Source: Gemmatimonadota bacterium
Lineage (GTDB): Bacteria > Gemmatimonadota > Gemmatimonadetes > Gemmatimonadales > Gemmatimonadaceae
Direction: 5' to 3'
Assembly (NCBI GenBank): GCA_040389905.1
Contig: JAZJZK010000010.1
Span: 1-64,000, forward strand
DNA: 64,000 bases
Shown: positions 59,329 to 64,000 of the stretch, one piece after another
Numbering within the stretch: the first letter of the stretch is position 1
How the letters are laid out: every line of letters begins with the position of its first letter
Notes under the pieces: generated by a model
Seen by the model: the letters and a program-made list of their open reading frames with translations, nothing else
What the model was told of the DNA's origin: nothing
Databases searched by the model: none
Position numbers and translations under genes: made by a program

Positions 59329-60705
59329 CTAGCAGCCGCACCCGTATCGCAGCTTGTCGGGATCCGTTGGCGGCGGCGTCGGATAGTCCCCGGAGAAGCA
59401 TGCATGACAGAAGCCACCGGGCCCGCCAGGTACCGAGCCGAGCATTCCGTCGAGCGTGAGGTAGCCGAGCGTATCCACGCCGAGCGACGCACGCATTTCC
59501 TCGAGCGTATTGTTCGCCGCGATCAGTTCGTCTCGGCTTGGCGTATCGATGCCGTAGTAGCACGGCCCCGTGACTGGCGCCGAGCTCACGCGCATGTGGA
59601 CCTCGAGCGCACCGGCGGCCCGCACCAGTGTCACGAGTCCACGCGTGGTTGTACCGCGCACGATGGAGTCGTCCACCATGACCACGCGCTTGCCTTGAAT
59701 GATCTCACGCACGGCATTGTACTTGAGCCGTACCTTCGCGTCACGCGTTTCCTGGGTCGGCTGAATGAAGGTGCGGCCGACGTAGTGATTTCGAATGAGG
59801 GCGGGTTCGTAGCGAATGCCACTTGCCTCGGCGTAACCAATTGCTGCCGAATTGGAGGAATCGGGAACGCTGAACACGAGGTCGGCGTTTGGCGCGGGGC
59901 ATTCGAGCGCGAGCCGGCGCCCAAGGGCGCGCCGCGCACGATCGACCGAGCCGCCGAAGATCTGGCTGTCTGGGCGCGCGAAATACACATGCTCGAACAC
60001 GCACCGCTTGAGCTCCTTCTTCTCGAACGGGAAGATGGAACGCTCGCCCGACGCATCGACGGCGAAGATCTCACCCGGTTCGATGTCGCGTTCGTACGTC
60101 GCGCCGACAATATCGAGTGCACAGGTCTCGGACGCGAAGATCGGCGCGCCGTTGAGGCGGCCGAGTGCCAGCGGACGCCACCCACGCGGATCGCGCGCGG
60201 CGATCAGCGTGTCACCGAGCCCGATGAGGAGGCTGTACGCGCCCTCGACGCCACGAAGTGCGTCAGCGACACGATCCTCTGGTTTCTCGGCGGTTGACCG
60301 GGCGAGCCGATGCACGATGACCTCAGAGTCCATCGACGAATTGAAGATGGAACCCAGCTCTTCGAGGTCGACGCGCAGTTCGCCCGCGTTGGTGAGGTTG
60401 CCGTTGTGTGCGAGTGAGATGTTGCCGCCACGCGAGCTGACCAACACCGGTTGCGCGTTCTCGATCGTGCTGGAGCCAGCGGTACTATACCGCGTGTGGC
60501 CGATCGCCATCGTCCCGTGCAAGGCGTCGAGCTGTGCCGGCGGCATGTCGCCGAGCAACCCCATGCTGCGAACGCCGCGCGCCGATCCGTTGTCCATCGC
60601 GACGATTCCGGCCGATTCCTGCCCACGGTGCTGGAGCGAATAGAGGCCGAGCTTCGTCAGCGCGACTGCATCATTGTGACCGCGAACGCCAAAGACTCCA
60701 CACAT
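59329..60705 (-). CDS. purF: Amidophosphoribosyltransferase
   Basis: N-terminal MCGVFG, QHRGQESAG, GHTRYST, VDDSIVRGTT, PCYYGID. Confidence 0.97.
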   Translation of the reverse strand: MCGVFGVRGHNDAVALTKLGLYSLQHRGQESAGIVAMDNGSARGVRSMGLLGDMPPAQLDALHGTMAIGHTRYSTAGSSTIENAQPVLVSSRGGNISLAHNGNLTNAGELRVDLEELGSIFNSSMDSEVIVHRLARSTAEKPEDRVADALRGVEGAYSLLIGLGDTLIAARDPRGWRPLALGRLNGAPIFASETCALDIVGATYERDIEPGEIFAVDASGERSIFPFEKKELKRCVFEHVYFARPDSQIFGGSVDRARRALGRRLALECPAPNADLVFSVPDSSNSAAIGYAEASGIRYEPALIRNHYVGRTFIQPTQETRDAKVRLKYNAVREIIQGKRVVMVDDSIVRGTTTRGLVTLVRAAGALEVHMRVSSAPVTGPCYYGIDTPSRDELIAANNTLEEMRASLGVDTLGYLTLDGMLGSVPGGPGGFCHACFSGDYPTPPPTDPDKLRYGCGC

Positions 60706-60709
60706 GAGA

Positions 60710-63010
60710 TCAGACCACCGAGTCGGAGGCGAGCGCAACGTCCTGCGCCGATGCGCTGCGTTGCATGATACGCGGAATCGCTTCGTGGTAGGCGTCAGCG
60801 AGGCTCGCGACGCTCGCCACGAAGGTATCAGGGCCAATGCGGATCGAGAGCGAATTGCGGCCGCACTCGACGGTGCCGATCGCCGCCGCGGGAACACCGT
60901 GTCGCTTCGCCGTGGCCAGCACGGCTGCAGGATCCGGCGTGCTGACAACCACACGCGCCTGCGCCTCGCCGAACAGCAACGCTCGGCGCGAGAGGGTCGA
61001 CCACTTCGAGAGATCGACTGCCGCGCCGGTCGTCTGCGCACGATCCATCATGACACACTCCGCAAGGGCCACAGCCAAACCGCCATCCGCGCAATCGTGT
61101 GCAGAGCGCACGGCGCCCTCACGGATCGATTCCAGCAGTGCGGCAATGAGCGCTCGCTCGGCATCAAGGTCACACTTTGGCGGACGGCCAGCCACCGCGC
61201 CGTGGATGCGTTGGAGATACTCACTTCCGCCGATCTCGGCGGTGTTTTCGCCCAACAAGACGATGGTGTCGCCGTCCGTGGAAAATGCCGATCGCGTTAC
61301 GTGCGCGAGCGAGTCCACGAGGCCGACCATGCCGACGACCGGTGTAGGATAGACCGCGCCGGTTGGATTCTCGTTGTACAACGACACGTTGCCACCGGTG
61401 ACTGGCGTGCCCAATGCCACGCACGCTTCACCCATCCCGGCGACCGCTTCCTTCAACTGGTAGTACACCTCGGGCCGTTTCGGATTCCCGAAGTTGAGGT
61501 TGTTCGTGATCGCCATCGGACGTCCACCGGCGCACGCGACATTCCGCGCCGCCTCGGCGACGGCGATGCGTGCACCTTCGCGCGGATCAAGATAGGCGTA
61601 GCGTCCGTTGCAATCGGTTTTCAGCGCGATGGCGCGATCGGTGCCGCGAATGCGAATCACGGCCGCGTCGCCGCCCGGTCCAACGACCGTGCTCGTGCGA
61701 ACCGTGTGATCGTACTGCTGAAAAACCCATCGCTTGCTCGCAATGGTCGGAGACCTGAGCAGCTCTTCCAGCGTCCACAGGGGATCGGACTCCTCCGGCC
61801 GCTCCGCGATCAGGTCGACGTTTTCCTCGCGGCGCCGCCGGATGTCGTCGCTCTCGCGTGCTTCGGGCTCGTACATCGGGCAATCTGTCACGAGGCGGAT
61901 GCCGGGGAACTCCGCAACGACGCGATCACCTTCCATGACGCGATACACGGGCTCCGCGATGACCTCGCCGATGACTGCAGCGGTGAGATCCCACTTTTCG
62001 AGAATCGCGCGCACGTGATCCTCATGGCCCACCTTCGCGACGACGAGCATGCGTTCCTGCGATTCGCTCAGCAGCAACTCATAGGGCGTCATTCCTTCTT
62101 CACGCGCCGGCACCTTGAGCGTATCGATGACGACGCCAACGTCGCCGCGAGCGGCCATCTCGGCCGAGGACGAAACGAGTCCGGCGGCTCCCATGTCCTG
62201 GATCGCGACGATGTGCCCACTGCGAATCAACTCGAGGCTCGCCTCGAGGAGCAGCTTCTCGGTGAACGGGTCGCCGACCTGCACCCGCGGACGTTTGGCA
62301 TCGCTCGCTTCCGACAGGTCTTCCGATGCGAACGACGCACCGTGAATGCCGTCGCGGCCGGTGCGCGCACCGACCGCGATGATTGGGTTTCCCACACCCT
62401 GCGCGACCGCCAACATCAGCTCTTCTTCCTTGAGCAAGCCGACACACATCGCGTTGACGAGCGGATTACCCTCATATGCGGGATCGAACACGACCTCGCC
62501 GGCGACCGTGGGGATGCCGACGCAGTTGCCGTAGTCGCCGATGCCCTTCACGCAGCCGGCAAACAGGTAGCGCACGCGCGCAGAATCCAGCGAACCAAAG
62601 CGCAGCGAATTGAGCAGCGCGATGGGGCGCGCACCCATCGTGAACACGTCGCGCAGAATTCCACCGACACCGGTGGCGGCTCCCTGATACGGCTCGACGG
62701 CGGAGGGATGATTGTGCGACTCGATCTTGAACGCGACGGCGAGGCCGTCGCCGATGGCGATGACACCGGCATTCTCGCCGGGCCCCTGCAGCACGTAGGC
62801 GGCCTTGGTCGGCAGCGTCTTGAGCAATGGACGCGAATGCTTGTACGAGCAGTGCTCGCTCCACAACGCGCTGACGATGCCGAGTTCGGTAAAGGTCGGT
62901 TCGCGCTCGAGCATGGCGACGAGACGAGCATACTCGCCGGTGGTGAGCCCATGCTCAGCGATCAGGGCAGGGGTAATGGCGGGATCACCCGGTCGCGCTA
63001 TGACGGTCAC
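60710..63010 (-). CDS. purL: Phosphoribosylformylglycinamidine synthase large subunit (small-type PurL)
   Basis: [48 protein letters not shown]. Confidence 0.97.
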   Translation of the reverse strand: MTVIARPGDPAITPALIAEHGLTTGEYARLVAMLEREPTFTELGIVSALWSEHCSYKHSRPLLKTLPTKAAYVLQGPGENAGVIAIGDGLAVAFKIESHNHPSAVEPYQGAATGVGGILRDVFTMGARPIALLNSLRFGSLDSARVRYLFAGCVKGIGDYGNCVGIPTVAGEVVFDPAYEGNPLVNAMCVGLLKEEELMLAVAQGVGNPIIAVGARTGRDGIHGASFASEDLSEASDAKRPRVQVGDPFTEKLLLEASLELIRSGHIVAIQDMGAAGLVSSSAEMAARGDVGVVIDTLKVPAREEGMTPYELLLSESQERMLVVAKVGHEDHVRAILEKWDLTAAVIGEVIAEPVYRVMEGDRVVAEFPGIRLVTDCPMYEPEARESDDIRRRREENVDLIAERPEESDPLWTLEELLRSPTIASKRWVFQQYDHTVRTSTVVGPGGDAAVIRIRGTDRAIALKTDCNGRYAYLDPREGARIAVAEAARNVACAGGRPMAITNNLNFGNPKRPEVYYQLKEAVAGMGEACVALGTPVTGGNVSLYNENPTGAVYPTPVVGMVGLVDSLAHVTRSAFSTDGDTIVLLGENTAEIGGSEYLQRIHGAVAGRPPKCDLDAERALIAALLESIREGAVRSAHDCADGGLAVALAECVMMDRAQTTGAAVDLSKWSTLSRRALLFGEAQARVVVSTPDPAAVLATAKRHGVPAAAIGTVECGRNSLSIRIGPDTFVASVASLADAYHEAIPRIMQRSASAQDVALASDSVV

Positions 63011-63795
63011 GGAGTCTTTGGTGCGGGCTTTGAGGAAGCGGGCTTGGCATCCGTTTTCGGCGGAACCTTCGCTTGTGGATTCGCCGCGGGCGGAGCCTTC
63101 GCATCGACCTTTGGCGGCGGAGTCTTGGCGTCGGCCCTTGCCGGCGTCTTGGTTTCAGCTTTCGGCGGGGCCTTCGCGTCGGCCTTTGGTGCGACCTTGG
63201 GCTCGACCTTAGGAGGTACCTTCGCGTCGGCTTTTGGTGGTGTCTTTGCTTCAGCTTTCGGCGGAGTCTTTACGTCGGCCTTTGCAGGCGCCTTGCTCTC
63301 AGCCTTGGCAGTGGGCTTTGCGGCTGGCGGTGCTGCCACTAATGGACTTTTTGTCGGAATCGACGGCCGAACATCGTTCGCGGGCGCCGGTTTCATGCGT
63401 GGCTTTGCCGGCGCCGGGTCCTGGATGAGGGCACCGGCGCCGCCAGCGCCGATCTTCCGTGCCTCGTCTGATGGAATGGGTGCGGGCGAACTGCTCTTGC
63501 CGGTGTACTTCCGCGACGGGGAGCGAAAGATGGCGTCGACGACGCTGTCCCCCTTGAGGACGACGAGGTCGTTGATGCCGCAGGTCCTGGCGCAATCGTT
63601 CTGGTAGAAAACGTACGTGTAGCCGCTTGCCTCGCGGTACGTGATCGGCTCGCCCAGGGCGGAGATCACCTGTGCGCGCGTCATTCCAGGCGACACCGTT
63701 CCGGCCATCGGCGGCTGTTGCGCCCCCGCCGGTGCAGATGGAACCGCGAGTGCGGCGACGACTGCGACAAGGATGCCTCGAAGTACAGGGCGCAT
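63007..63795 (-). CDS. Secreted hypothetical protein: small N-terminal SmpA/BamE-like domain plus Pro/Ala/Lys octapeptide-repeat tail
   Basis: Signal peptide; PGMTRAQV...LGEP motif; PPKA(D/E)AK(T/V) repeats; GGAGAGG RBS before ATG 63795. Confidence 0.7.
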   Translation of the reverse strand: MRPVLRGILVAVVAALAVPSAPAGAQQPPMAGTVSPGMTRAQVISALGEPITYREASGYTYVFYQNDCARTCGINDLVVLKGDSVVDAIFRSPSRKYTGKSSSPAPIPSDEARKIGAGGAGALIQDPAPAKPRMKPAPANDVRPSIPTKSPLVAAPPAAKPTAKAESKAPAKADVKTPPKAEAKTPPKADAKVPPKVEPKVAPKADAKAPPKAETKTPARADAKTPPPKVDAKAPPAANPQAKVPPKTDAKPASSKPAPKTP

Positions 63796-63809
63796 AGATG
63801 ACCTCTCCG

Positions 63810-64000
63810 TCAAGCTGTGACGCGATGAAGGATGGATTCGAACAACGGCAGCCCGTCCGCCGGACCGAGCAGCGCGTCGACGGCGCGCTCGGGGTGCGGC
63901 ATCATGCCGAGCACGTTGCCCCGCTCATTGATGATACCCGCGATGTCACGCATCGAACCGTTCGGGTTGTACGACTCGGCGGCCTCGAGTGCCGTCGGCG
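63810..64000 (-). CDS. purQ: FGAM synthase glutaminase subunit (3' part; truncated by window edge)
   Basis: Manual minus-strand translation gives [36 protein letters not shown]...TA*. Confidence 0.93.
   Translation of the reverse strand, partial: PTALEAAESYNPNGSMRDIAGIINERGNVLGMMPHPERAVDALLGPADGLPLFESILHRVTA

Noticed and set aside
60704..63607. 967-aa plus-strand ORF, and many other long antisense ORFs such as 7375..8442, 27745..29070 and 30235..31545
   Set aside because: Shadow ORFs opposite well-supported genes in GC-rich DNA, with no recognisable motifs

Overview
GC-rich bacterial chromosomal window, mostly core housekeeping genes. Gene content and style (BTAD-TPR regulator, carboxypeptidase-regulatory-like paralogs, PEP-CTERM proteins, overall gene order) suggest Gemmatimonadota; this is an inference. 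In order: 3' part of rpsA; two tandem secreted carboxypeptidase-regulatory-like paralogs, one frameshifted; an MCP coupled to a LivJ-like binding lipoprotein; an acyl-CoA carboxylase cluster interrupted by an RlmD-like methyltransferase; dinB; a BTAD regulator divergent from a PEP-CTERM gene; rplM-rpsI-rpsB-tsf-pyrH-frr-cdsA-dxr-rseP; rpsO-pnp-M16 peptidase; ald; mreBCD-mrdA-rodA; accD-folC-hisS-proS-lysA-phosphoesterase-guaA; ptsN, dusB, larB and a GGDEF gene; tmRNA. After tmRNA come a stand-alone N-terminal-half SecY homolog and a PEP-CTERM trypsin-like protease, then a GT4/deacetylase/flippase-like trio, ppdK, purF-purL and partial purQ. The most unusual item is the 196-aa 'half-SecY' (TM1-TM4 only) with its own apparently leaderless promoter. 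Non-coding structure includes a six-copy REP-like palindrome family, three inverted-repeat elements with 9-bp periodicity, and several leaderless-type promoters. I saw no integrase, transposase, CRISPR array, tRNA or rRNA. All family calls come from recognised motifs; no database search was run.
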